64,000 nt of DNA from an uncultured Thermoleophilia bacterium. GTDB taxonomy: Bacteria > Actinomycetota > Thermoleophilia > UBA2241. This document shows positions 50,319-59,221 of this stretch, piece by piece. Each line of letters opens with the position of its first letter. The first letter of the stretch is position 1. Position numbers and translations under genes: made by a program. Below the pieces are notes generated by a model that worked only from the letters and a program-made list of their open reading frames with translations, was not told where the DNA came from and searched no databases. The stretch spans positions 192,001 to 256,000 of the forward strand of contig CAVQSP010000020.1 of the NCBI GenBank assembly GCA_963715985.1, read 5' to 3'.

Positions 50319-52784
50319 TCAGCGTACGGTGAGTCGCGTCACCGCCGGCGCGCTCTGCCCGTTCCCCGCCCGATCCAGAGCGGCGAACGTCAGCGTGTAG
50401 ACGCCCGGCGACGTCGCCTTCCACGTGCACGTCGCCGGCTTGCCCTGTTTGACCCATCCACACGCGACGGTGCCGACCGCGGCGCCGCCGGCGTCCGTCA
50501 CCGCGACCGTGACCTTCACCGTCGAGCTCCAGGCGTCACGGACGGTGAACGAGACGTTGGCCGCCTTTCCTGGCTTGGCCGTCGCCTCCGCGGGCACGGT
50601 GAACTTCGGCGCGCTGCGGTCGACCGTGACCGGAGCGCTCACCGACGTCTCGCCTTCAGCGCCGTCCGCGAGCACCTGCAGCCGGTAAAGGCCGCTTGCG
50701 GCCGCGCCGCCGCCGGAGACCGTGCCGTCCCAGACCACCTCGTGCGTACCGGCGACCATCGTCCCCGCCGACAGCGTGCGCACGACGTCGCTCGCCCTCA
50801 GCACGTTGAGCGTCACATCCGCCCGCCGCGTCAGCTTGAAGGCCAGCGTCGCCGAGTCCTTGACCCCGTCGGCGTTGGGCGAGAAGGCCGCCGGCGTGAG
50901 CACCGGGAACCCGAGCGTGCGGTCCACGATCACCGCGCGCCGCACCGAATCGCTGTTGCCGGCGAGGTCACGCATCTCGACGACGATCACGGCTTTGCCT
51001 TCAGGGGCGTCCACGAGCTTGCCGCCGTCGTTGACGCGCCCGTCCCAGGGCACCGTCCTCGAGGAAGCGCCGACGCTGCGCCAGCCCATGAGCGTGCGCA
51101 CGACGCGGTCGTTCTCGTCCACCACGGTCACCCGCGCAGTGCCCGCCTCACCGGGCTTGAACGTGACGCCGGCCACGTCGTCCTGCCCGTCCCCGTTCGG
51201 GCTGAACGGGGTCGGCGAGACGGCGGCGCTCTGCAGGCGCGGCGGCGTGGTGTCCACGTACACCGCCGCGGTGGCCGGACGCGCCTCTCCGTCCGGGCTC
51301 GTCGCGTCTACGGTCAGCGTGTACGTGCCGTCCGGGACCCTGGCGCCGTCGTTGTCGTGGCCGGACCAGCTGGCCTCCACGGTCTTCCCCGTACCGCTGA
51401 CGCTGCGGACCACGGTCCCCTGGGCATCGGTGATGCGCATCTTCCAGTCTGCGTCCTGCGACAGCCGGCAGGTCACGGCGATGGTGTCGCGCACGCCGTC
51501 GCCGTCCGGGCTGATGAACGGGTCGCCCAACTCGACCTCGAAGATCTTGGGCTGGCCCATGGCGGCGACCGTCTTGCGGATCTCCGGGAGGAGGGCGTAC
51601 AGACGGTTGCCCGGGCACTCGGTGTAGTTGGCGTCGCGGTGCCCTGCGATGGCCGGTAGCGTGACGCTCTCGCCGGTCGAGAACTTCTCACCGTACCCGC
51701 AGGTGAGCGTGCCCGTACCCTGCGGGTCCACGTGATGAACGTCGAGCTTCCAGGCGAGGAGGCTCTCGAGCGCCTGGATGGTGGCCGACGTGGGCGTGAC
51801 CTTGCTGTACGTACCGATGACGGAGACGCCGAAGCTGTGCGTGTTGAACCCCAGCACCTGCGCCCCGATGACCCCCTTGGTGACGCCGCCGTAGCGGCCC
51901 TCGTACACCGTGCCGTACTTGTCGACGAGGAAGTTGTAGCCGATGTCGCTCCAGTGCAGCGCCTTTGTGTGGTAGTAGTAGGCGCCGCGCACGACTGAGG
52001 CGGCCTCCGCGCGCGAGTAGTCGTTGCCGCTGGCGGTGTGGTGCACGAAGGCCACGACGGGGTCGGCGTAGTCGGGCGTCCCGGTGCGCAGGGATTCGTC
52101 CGCTCCCCACTCCTCGCGCGTCACGATCGCCGGCTTGTCGGTCATGGCGGCGGCCGGCTGCACGGCGCCGAGCCCGGCGACGACCGCCACCGTACGGCGG
52201 ATCACGCCCAACGCCACGGCGCCCGCATCGGCCTGCTCCGTACTGTCGATGGCCACGACCCTGACGTCGCGCAAAGCGGCGGGCGCAGCGTCGCGGGCGG
52301 GCCGCGCGGCCACCTGCACGAACCGGCCGGGGCCGGTCCACAGGGCCTCGATGAACGCCTGCGGCGTCCGCGAACCAGCCTCGGCCTGGACGTCGAGCGA
52401 GGCTGTGTACCAGCGGCTCCACGCGCGGCCGTCCAGACTCGTGCGGATGTCGACGAGGACGCGGTCCGCGTGAGCCGGGGTGCTGCAGGTGACGCCGATC
52501 ATGGTGAAGCGCAGGCCGGCGTCCACAGTGACCGCGCCCGCGCCGCGCACGGCCTGACTCACGTCGCCGGCCGCCGTGCGCGCCGCGGAGGCGGCCGGGG
52601 CGGCCACCGGCAGCCCGGCCGGGACGGCGATGGTGGCCGAGTGCACCTGCGGGGTGCGTACCCACGCGGCCACGGCTTCGCTCACCCGCGGGGCGCACCA
52701 GATCGCTGCGAGCGCCGCCATGAGGGTGATGATGGAAACGGCCGCCACGCGTGCGGCCCGCTTGTGAGCTCGAGCTCTCGCCAT
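50319..52784 (-). CDS. Secreted N-acetylmuramoyl-L-alanine amidase (Amidase_2) with FlgD-like Ig repeats
   Basis: REEWGADE, VHHTA, WSDIGYNF, GHRDANYTECPG; three FSP(N/D)GDG-type Ig repeats. Confidence 0.9.
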   Translation of the reverse strand: MARARAHKRAARVAAVSIITLMAALAAIWCAPRVSEAVAAWVRTPQVHSATIAVPAGLPVAAPAASAARTAAGDVSQAVRGAGAVTVDAGLRFTMIGVTCSTPAHADRVLVDIRTSLDGRAWSRWYTASLDVQAEAGSRTPQAFIEALWTGPGRFVQVAARPARDAAPAALRDVRVVAIDSTEQADAGAVALGVIRRTVAVVAGLGAVQPAAAMTDKPAIVTREEWGADESLRTGTPDYADPVVAFVHHTASGNDYSRAEAASVVRGAYYYHTKALHWSDIGYNFLVDKYGTVYEGRYGGVTKGVIGAQVLGFNTHSFGVSVIGTYSKVTPTSATIQALESLLAWKLDVHHVDPQGTGTLTCGYGEKFSTGESVTLPAIAGHRDANYTECPGNRLYALLPEIRKTVAAMGQPKIFEVELGDPFISPDGDGVRDTIAVTCRLSQDADWKMRITDAQGTVVRSVSGTGKTVEASWSGHDNDGARVPDGTYTLTVDATSPDGEARPATAAVYVDTTPPRLQSAAVSPTPFSPNGDGQDDVAGVTFKPGEAGTARVTVVDENDRVVRTLMGWRSVGASSRTVPWDGRVNDGGKLVDAPEGKAVIVVEMRDLAGNSDSVRRAVIVDRTLGFPVLTPAAFSPNADGVKDSATLAFKLTRRADVTLNVLRASDVVRTLSAGTMVAGTHEVVWDGTVSGGGAAASGLYRLQVLADGAEGETSVSAPVTVDRSAPKFTVPAEATAKPGKAANVSFTVRDAWSSTVKVTVAVTDAGGAAVGTVACGWVKQGKPATCTWKATSPGVYTLTFAALDRAGNGQSAPAVTRLTVR

Positions 52785-52925
52785 GTCGATTCCGGCAGAC
52801 TCAGTTTCGACAGGGTAGCACGAAACCCTCAGCCGGCCACCCGGGGCCCGGCCACGAACGAGAGACGGGCGGCGGGGCGCTGCTCGCGCCCCGCCGCCCG
52901 CGGGATCCAGGCTCGTACGGCCGCG

Positions 52926-54317
52926 TCAGGGAACCGGCGCGTGCTCGCAGGCCTTGTGCCCTGCGCTCTCTTCCTTCTCGGCGCTCAGACAGCTCCAGAT
53001 GGGGCTGTACAGGTGATCGACCTTCCGGGAGTACTCGTCGAGCTCGTCCTGGAGGTCGGTGATCATGACGTCGCCGCCCGGGTGCGTAGGCTTGGCTCCG
53101 GTGGCCGCCATGATCTCACGGGCCTGATTGGGGTTGTCGATCCACATGCACGGCATCAGCAGGTTGTGGTTGAACGGCTGCCGCCGCCGGATCTCCTTGA
53201 AGAAGTCCGAGTTGAACGCCTCGAGGAGACTGACGTCGCGGATGTTGTCGGTGGCGAAGTGCGTGAAGATGCACGGCTCCACCCAGCCGCCGCTGTTGAT
53301 GTGCATGTAGTGCTTGCCGGCGATGCAGCCGTTGACCCACGGGGCGTCGCCCCAGAAGTCGATCGGGAAGATCGGCTTGGTGTCGCGGATGCGGTGGATG
53401 TCGATGCGGAACTGGTTCCGCTCCTCCGCCGTCAGCATCATGCTGGTGTCAGGGTCCCGGCCCACCGGCATGTAGAGGAAGTGCCACGCCAACATGGCGC
53501 CCTTGGCGATGAGCGGATCGACGAAATCGTCGCTCACGATGGCCTTCCACGTGTCGCGCGTGACGGTGCACGAGTAGCCGAACAACACGCCGGCATCGCC
53601 CAGATGGTCCATGATGTCCATGACCTGGTCGTGCACGCCGGGGCCGCGACGGTGGTCCGTCAGCTCCGGCGAGCCCTCGAGGCTGAGCATGGGGGCGATG
53701 TTGCCGATCTTGGCGAGCTCGTCGATGGTGTCGTGGTCGAGGAGCGTGCCGTTGGTGAACACCTGGAAGTAGGCGTCCTTGTTCTCCTGGGCGAAGTCGA
53801 GCAGTTCGTCCCACATGAACGGCTCGCCGCCCAGCAGGGTGAACAGATAGACGCCCATGTCGTTGCCCTCGTCCACGATCTTCTGCATCAGCTTGCGGTC
53901 GAGGTCCTGGTCGGGTGCGTACTCCGCCGCATAGCAGCCGTCACAGGTGAGATTGCAGCGCATGGTGGGACTCATGAGGATCGTCGTCGGCGCCTTGCAG
54001 CCCGTCTCGTCGATCAGTTCCCTACGCTTTGCCACGCCACGAAGAAGGGTGTTGACGATAAGACATTCAATAAAACGGTCGCGGCAGCGCGGGCTGAGTC
54101 TGGACGAGACGTGCCTTGCGATAGTGAGCGCCGGGTGGTCCTCCTGGACCTTCTCTGCGACGAATCGCACTGAGCCCTTGTACTGGTCGGGGGTGATCTT
54201 CTCGGCCAGGTTGAATGCCTTGACGATCTTGGTCTTGTCGTCACTGGACGCCAACTTGAGCATCTGGTTGATCACTTGCCTCTGCACCGCGGTGTAAAGG
54301 CCGTCCGTACGGCTCAT
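52926..54317 (-). CDS. Radical SAM protein with SPASM/twitch-type C-terminus
   Basis: CNLTCDGC, GGEPF, FTNGT, GCIAGKHYMHINSGGWVEPC; AGGAGGAG SD. Confidence 0.92.
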   Translation of the reverse strand: MSRTDGLYTAVQRQVINQMLKLASSDDKTKIVKAFNLAEKITPDQYKGSVRFVAEKVQEDHPALTIARHVSSRLSPRCRDRFIECLIVNTLLRGVAKRRELIDETGCKAPTTILMSPTMRCNLTCDGCYAAEYAPDQDLDRKLMQKIVDEGNDMGVYLFTLLGGEPFMWDELLDFAQENKDAYFQVFTNGTLLDHDTIDELAKIGNIAPMLSLEGSPELTDHRRGPGVHDQVMDIMDHLGDAGVLFGYSCTVTRDTWKAIVSDDFVDPLIAKGAMLAWHFLYMPVGRDPDTSMMLTAEERNQFRIDIHRIRDTKPIFPIDFWGDAPWVNGCIAGKHYMHINSGGWVEPCIFTHFATDNIRDVSLLEAFNSDFFKEIRRRQPFNHNLLMPCMWIDNPNQAREIMAATGAKPTHPGGDVMITDLQDELDEYSRKVDHLYSPIWSCLSAEKEESAGHKACEHAPVP

Positions 54318-54607
54318 GTCTCTCCTCCTCTCCTGTTCGCGCGCCCGTGCCCGGCGAGCGCGGCTCCTCGGCCGTCAAATGACCGTACGCAGGGGGAGGT
54401 GAGGCGGCGCGGCGGAGAGACCCCTCCGCCTCGAAACGTCGGCTCCCCCCGACGGCATTCGGGCAACCATGTGAACATTCTAGCACCCGCTCCGCCGGAA
54501 CAGGTGACATTCGTGGCCGCCGGTGCGTGCACCGGCCCGGCGGCCACCCGCCCCGGGGCTGCGTCCGGCGTGGCAACACATGCGTTGCCAATTCGTCTAG
54601 AAGAGTC

Positions 54608-54635
54608 TTATGTTTCCCCGACTCCCAGCCGATAG
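54608..54635 (+). promoter_or_regulatory. Putative sigma28 (FliA/WhiG)-type promoter
   Basis: TTATGTTT-N12-GCCGATAG just upstream of the riboswitch; compare consensus TAAAGTTT-N11-GCCGATAA. Confidence 0.5.
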
Positions 54636-54640
54636 ACACT

Positions 54641-54722
54641 CTTGATAAGGGCAAACCTGTCGTGAGGCAGGGACGCAAAGCCAGAGGTCTTGGATGTTCA
54701 AGATAGCTCGGTTGCCGGATTC
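54641..54722 (+). ncRNA. Cyclic di-GMP-I (GEMM) riboswitch
   Basis: AGGGCAAACCTGTC-GTGA-GGCAGGGACGCAAAGCCAGAGGTCT...AGATAGCTCGGTTGCCG has the GGCAAACC / GNRA / GGGACGCAAAGCC signature. Confidence 0.9.
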
Positions 54723-54866
54723 GATCTTCGCCCTTGCGAACGTCGCCTTCTGCCCCGGACCTCAGCTTCACGCACCCGTCGCACGCCACCGGTGACCCAC
54801 GTGATCTACCGCCGCGACCTCCAGGGGCCGGCCGGTCAAGGGAGTACCGAAGTGGAGGCGAAAGCG

Positions 54867-56501
54867 ATGAACCTCAGGATCATCGTCCTGGCCATCGTGG
54901 CGGTGAGTCTCCTGATGCTGCCCGGTGTGGCGTTGGCCGACAACGAGCCGGCCGGCAAGATCGACACCAGCGTCCAGACCGTTCTCGAGGCGACCGGCGG
55001 CAACGTGGCCGTGCCGGTCATGGTCCAGGCGCCCGGGGCACTCGACCAGGTGCAGGCGACGATCCCGCTGGGCGTGGACGTCACGCAGATCCCGATCGTG
55101 GACAGCCTCGCCGCGTATCTGACGCCCGAGGAGATCAAGGCGCTTGGGAAGGCGAGCTTCGTCACGCAGATCGTCGCCGACAACCTCGTCTTCGGCATGA
55201 GCTACCAGAGCACGATGGACGTCACCAACCTGAGCATCGGGCTCGGCGATGTGGTCGCCCCACGTGACGGCGGGCCGGATGGCGCGGGCGTGACCGTCGC
55301 GATCGTCGACAGCGGCATCGCCACGAACACCGATCTCGCCGCCAGCCGCATCGTCGGCTGGAAGGACTTCGTGAACGGGCAGGAGACCCCGTACGACGAC
55401 GCCGGCCACGGCACCTTCGTCGCCGGCCTCATCGCCGGAGACGGCACCGCTTCGCTGCCGCTCGAGAACGGCGGCACGGCGAGCGTCCAGTTCCGCGGCG
55501 TCGCGCCGGCGGCCAACGTCGTCGGCATCAAGGTCCTCGACGAGGTCGGCCAGGGCCGCACCTCGGCGCTCATCGCGGGCATCGCCTGGGCGATCGCGCA
55601 CAGGAACGACTACGACATCCGCGTCCTCAACCTCTCGATCGGCGGCAACCCCGTGTGCACGGTGACCAAAGACCCGGTCGCCCTGGCGGTCGAGGCCGCA
55701 TGGCGCAGTGGCATCACGGTCGTGTGCGCGGCGGGCAACGAGGGTTCCTTCGGGTCGGGAGGCGTCCTCTCCCCCGGCAACGACCCCTTCGTCATCACCG
55801 TCGGCGCGACCGACAGCCAGGAGACGTCAGCGACCGCGGACGACACCGTGGCCAAGTACAGCTCCGCCGGTCCGACGCTCTTCGACGAGATCGCCAAACC
55901 AGATGTGGTGGCGCCCGGCAACCGGCTCGTGTCGGTGCGCACCGTCGGTTCGTACATCGACACGAACTTCCCCGCCAACGTCATCCTGCTGGAGAGCTAC
56001 GAGACGAGCGCCAGCGCAGGCGCGGCGTCCAACTACCTCATGCTCTCCGGCACCAGCACCTCCTGCCCGGTCGTCGCCGGCGCCGCCGCTCTCATGATCG
56101 GCGAGGATCCGACCCTGACCCCTGACGACGTCAAGGTGCGCCTGATGGGCACCGCCGACCCGGTCGCCGGCGCCACTGCCGACCAGCAAGGGGCCGGCCT
56201 GATCGACGTCGACGAGGCTCTCCAGAGCCCGGCACACTCCACCGGCTACGCCCTCTCTGCGTACCTCGGAGACGGCAAGAAGCACTTCAAGAACGGCGAC
56301 TACAACAAATGGGAAAAGCGCGTGTGGGAGAAGTACGGGTGGACGAAGTACAAGTGGACCAAGTACAAGTGGACGAAGTACAAGTGGACGAAGTACAAGT
56401 GGACTGAGATCGCCTGGACCAAGTACAAGTGGACCAAGTACAAGTGGACGGAGTACGAGTGGGCCAAGTACAAGTGGACCATCCTGATCGAGGGCCAGTA
56501 A
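54867..56501 (+). CDS. Secreted S8 subtilase (AprX-like) with C-terminal Trp-periodic pentapeptide repeat tail
   Basis: Signal peptide (PGVALA); triad VDSG, HGTFVAG, SGTSTS; oxyanion AAGN; GGAGG SD. Confidence 0.93.
   Translation: MNLRIIVLAIVAVSLLMLPGVALADNEPAGKIDTSVQTVLEATGGNVAVPVMVQAPGALDQVQATIPLGVDVTQIPIVDSLAAYLTPEEIKALGKASFVTQIVADNLVFGMSYQSTMDVTNLSIGLGDVVAPRDGGPDGAGVTVAIVDSGIATNTDLAASRIVGWKDFVNGQETPYDDAGHGTFVAGLIAGDGTASLPLENGGTASVQFRGVAPAANVVGIKVLDEVGQGRTSALIAGIAWAIAHRNDYDIRVLNLSIGGNPVCTVTKDPVALAVEAAWRSGITVVCAAGNEGSFGSGGVLSPGNDPFVITVGATDSQETSATADDTVAKYSSAGPTLFDEIAKPDVVAPGNRLVSVRTVGSYIDTNFPANVILLESYETSASAGAASNYLMLSGTSTSCPVVAGAAALMIGEDPTLTPDDVKVRLMGTADPVAGATADQQGAGLIDVDEALQSPAHSTGYALSAYLGDGKKHFKNGDYNKWEKRVWEKYGWTKYKWTKYKWTKYKWTKYKWTEIAWTKYKWTKYKWTEYEWAKYKWTILIEGQ
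56310..56489 (+). repeat. 12 x 15-bp coding tandem repeat (consensus TGGACSAAGTACAAG = WTKYK)
   Basis: TGG every 15 nt from 56310 to 56475; six exact WTKYK units plus variants WEKRV, WEKYG, WTEIA, WTEYE, WAKYK, WTILI. Confidence 0.97.
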
Positions 56502-56542
56502 CAGTCCCGGCTGCGGCACTGAAGCGAGACAGAGAGACGGCC

Positions 56543-58030
56543 GTGCGGCAACGCACGGCCGTCTCTGTTCTCGTGGGCCTTCTCACCGTCGCCGCGGCGG
56601 GGGCGGCGGCGGCGGCGCTGCTCCGGGACCCCGCCCCGCTGACGGTGGACATCGTCGCCTTCGTGATCCTCGCCACGCTCGCCGATCTGCGCGAGATCAA
56701 GATGCCCCTGGTCGGCATCGTCACCCTGTCGTTCGTCCCGGTGCTCGCCGCCCTCATCGTGCTGGGGCTCTGGCCGGCCATCGTGGTCGCAGCCATCTCG
56801 GGGCTCGCCAGCGCCTGGTACATGCGCGACCCGGTCAAGATCGTCTTCAACGTCTCCAACTACATCGTGTCGACCTACCTGGCCGGGATCCTGTACCTGG
56901 CGCTCACTCCGGCAGGCGGCAGCTTCATGAGCAAGGTCCTCCCCACGTTCGGCGCGACCATCGTCGACTTCCTCGTCAACACGGTGCTGCTCGCCCTCGT
57001 CATCGCGCTGGCGAGCAGAAGGAATCCCTTCGCGGTCTGGCGGCAGAACTACCAGTGGGGCCTGCCGAGTTACCTCACCGGGTCCACGCTCGCGCTGCTC
57101 CTCGCCGCCCTGTACCTGTGGCTCGGCGTTCCCGGCATGCTGCTCGCCATACCGCCCGTCTACCTCATCTACTACTCCTACGACATCTACGTGAAGCGCG
57201 CCAGGGAGCGCGTCACCTTCGACGCCGAGCGCGACTCGTTCCACGTGGAGCTCGCCCAGTCGATCGAGCTCCACGACGAGCTCCGCGCCGCTCAGCTCAA
57301 GGTGGCGGCCGAGATCGAGCGCGCGCGGCGCATCCAGACGGACCTCCTCCCCGCCTCCACTCCCGACGTGGCAGGCCTCGGCCTGGCCCAGCACATCGAG
57401 TTCCTCGGAGAGATGGGCGGCGACTACTACGACTACATCCCGTTCGGGGACGGACGTCTGGGCATCGTGTGCGGCGACGTGATGGGCAAAGGTCTCGCCG
57501 CCGCCCTCATCATGGCGATGGCGCGCTCGCTGCTGCACACCGCCATCGCTCCCGGAAGGAGCCCGGGCGCGGTGCTGGCGGAAGTCAACGACGGCCTGGC
57601 GCGCGACCTGGAGGGCCAGCGCCTGCCGTACTTCGTCACGCTCGTGCTGGCCGTGTACGACCCGGCCACCCGGCACCTGGCGGTCGCGGGAGGCGGGCAC
57701 AACCCCCTGCTCGTGGTCTCGTCCGGCGGCGTCGAGCGCGTACCCTCCCGGGGTGCGGCCCTGGGCGTGCGCCCGGGCCTGCAGTTCCCCGAGGACGACG
57801 TGGTCCTCAAACCGGGGGCCACGGTGGCCCTCTACACGGACGGCCTCACGGAGGCCCGCGACCCGGGCGGCGCACTCCTCGGCCAGGAGCGCCTTGAGGC
57901 CATGCTGGCCGACTCGGAGCAGGGCTCGCTCGACGCCACCCTCGAGGCCGTCTGGGGCCGGGTGGCTGCCTTCCGCGGCGCGGCGCCGGCGGGCGACGAC
58001 GCCACGCTGCTGCTCGCGCGTCTTGTGTGA
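56543..58030 (+). CDS. Multi-TM sensor (MASE-like) fused to PP2C/SpoIIE-RsbU phosphatase
   Basis: About 210 aa hydrophobic N-terminus, coiled coil, ARRIQ, GGDYYD, GDVMGKG, YTDGLTEA, GDDATLL. Confidence 0.9.
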   Translation: MRQRTAVSVLVGLLTVAAAGAAAAALLRDPAPLTVDIVAFVILATLADLREIKMPLVGIVTLSFVPVLAALIVLGLWPAIVVAAISGLASAWYMRDPVKIVFNVSNYIVSTYLAGILYLALTPAGGSFMSKVLPTFGATIVDFLVNTVLLALVIALASRRNPFAVWRQNYQWGLPSYLTGSTLALLLAALYLWLGVPGMLLAIPPVYLIYYSYDIYVKRARERVTFDAERDSFHVELAQSIELHDELRAAQLKVAAEIERARRIQTDLLPASTPDVAGLGLAQHIEFLGEMGGDYYDYIPFGDGRLGIVCGDVMGKGLAAALIMAMARSLLHTAIAPGRSPGAVLAEVNDGLARDLEGQRLPYFVTLVLAVYDPATRHLAVAGGGHNPLLVVSSGGVERVPSRGAALGVRPGLQFPEDDVVLKPGATVALYTDGLTEARDPGGALLGQERLEAMLADSEQGSLDATLEAVWGRVAAFRGAAPAGDDATLLLARLV

Positions 58031-58078
58031 GCCACGGCGACGCGAGAGTATCTACCTGACTCCCCACGAAAGGACGTG

Positions 58079-58855
58079 ATGGCCGAGCCCGCGCCCGACC
58101 AGCCCGCCTCCCTGCAGGTGCTCCGGTACAGAAGTGGAGACTCCGAGGTCCACGCCGTCCTCGGCGATCTGGACCCCGAACTCCGTCACGACGATCTGGT
58201 CGCCCACGCGTCCGAAGCGCTCAACAGCGAGACGTTCGTCTGTCTTGCCGTGGCTCAGGACGACGACTTCGTCGCCGATGAGCTCTGCTTCGTGCCCCAG
58301 GGCGAGTGCTGCGAGATCCTCAGCATCCGCACGAGCGGCTGGAAGCGTCATCACGGCGACCACCGACGCAGCCTCGTCGAGATCCTCAACACCCTCGCCG
58401 CCGCCGTCGCCTGCGGCAAGCTCCGCATCCTCGACGGCGCGCAGGTCGACGAGGAGGCGCACGCGGGGGAGCTCGTGCGGACGTTCGACGTCGCCGATCC
58501 GGGCGGCCTCGTCCTCGCGCGCGACGCCGTGAACGAGGTCATGCTGCAAGCGGGCGTCGATGAGATCACCCGGCAGAAGACGATCCTCTGCATCTCGGAG
58601 GCAGTGACGAACATGCTGCTTCACGGGGGCGGCCACGGCTCTGTGACTCTACGGCGGCCGCCCGGACTTCTGCGCATCGTGGTCGCCGACGAAGGCTCGG
58701 GGCTCAACTTCCTGAACTGGATCGATCCTCCCACCGTCAAGGGGCAGGCCTCCATGGGCTACGGCTTCAAGATCATCCTCGACAACCTCGACGCGGTCGG
58801 TCTGCACGCGAGTCAGACCGGCACCACGCTGCTGCTGGACCGCGTCATCGACTGA
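58079..58855 (+). CDS. Anti-sigma factor-type Ser kinase (RsbW/RsbT-like HATPase) with N-terminal extension
   Basis: SEAVTNMLLHG (N box), VADEGSG (G1), SMGYGF (G2), GTTL. Confidence 0.82.
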   Translation: MAEPAPDQPASLQVLRYRSGDSEVHAVLGDLDPELRHDDLVAHASEALNSETFVCLAVAQDDDFVADELCFVPQGECCEILSIRTSGWKRHHGDHRRSLVEILNTLAAAVACGKLRILDGAQVDEEAHAGELVRTFDVADPGGLVLARDAVNEVMLQAGVDEITRQKTILCISEAVTNMLLHGGGHGSVTLRRPPGLLRIVVADEGSGLNFLNWIDPPTVKGQASMGYGFKIILDNLDAVGLHASQTGTTLLLDRVID

Positions 58856-58867
58856 GGCAGGACAAGT

Positions 58868-59179
58868 ATGCTGCGGACATCGATAGCGCAAGGCCCGGCG
58901 CCCACCGTGTTCCTCGCCGGGGAGATGGATCTGGACTGCGCCGACACCCTCCGCGAGGCGGTGGCGGAGGCGGCCCGCGGCGCCGAGACGGTAGTGCTGG
59001 ACTTCGCCGACGTGTCGTTCATCGACTCGTCCGGCACCGGGATCTTCGTGCGTCTCTGTCTCGATCTGAGCAGCCAGGGCACGCCGATCGTGGCGCGCAA
59101 CCTGTCGCCGGCCGTGCGCGGCGTGTTCGACATGTTGCGCGTGCGCGAGCTCGTGGGCGAGGACGTCTTCCCCGGCTGA
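58868..59179 (+). CDS. STAS anti-anti-sigma factor (RsbV/SpoIIAA-like)
   Basis: LAGEMD, VVLDFADVSFIDSSG phosphoacceptor motif. Confidence 0.92.
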   Translation: MLRTSIAQGPAPTVFLAGEMDLDCADTLREAVAEAARGAETVVLDFADVSFIDSSGTGIFVRLCLDLSSQGTPIVARNLSPAVRGVFDMLRVRELVGEDVFPG

Positions 59180-59221
59180 GCGCGCACTGCGGACGCGCCG
59201 GCGGTCCCGGCTGTCCGCCGG

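Noticed and set aside
43562-54317. Small proteins as RiPP precursors of the radical SAM enzyme
   Set aside because: They are about 9 kb apart with unrelated genes between, and no RRE, transporter or peptidase is adjacent; not excluded but unsupported.
56310-56489. 15-bp repeats as a CRISPR array
   Set aside because: Units are contiguous with no spacers, lie in frame within a CDS, and there are no cas genes.
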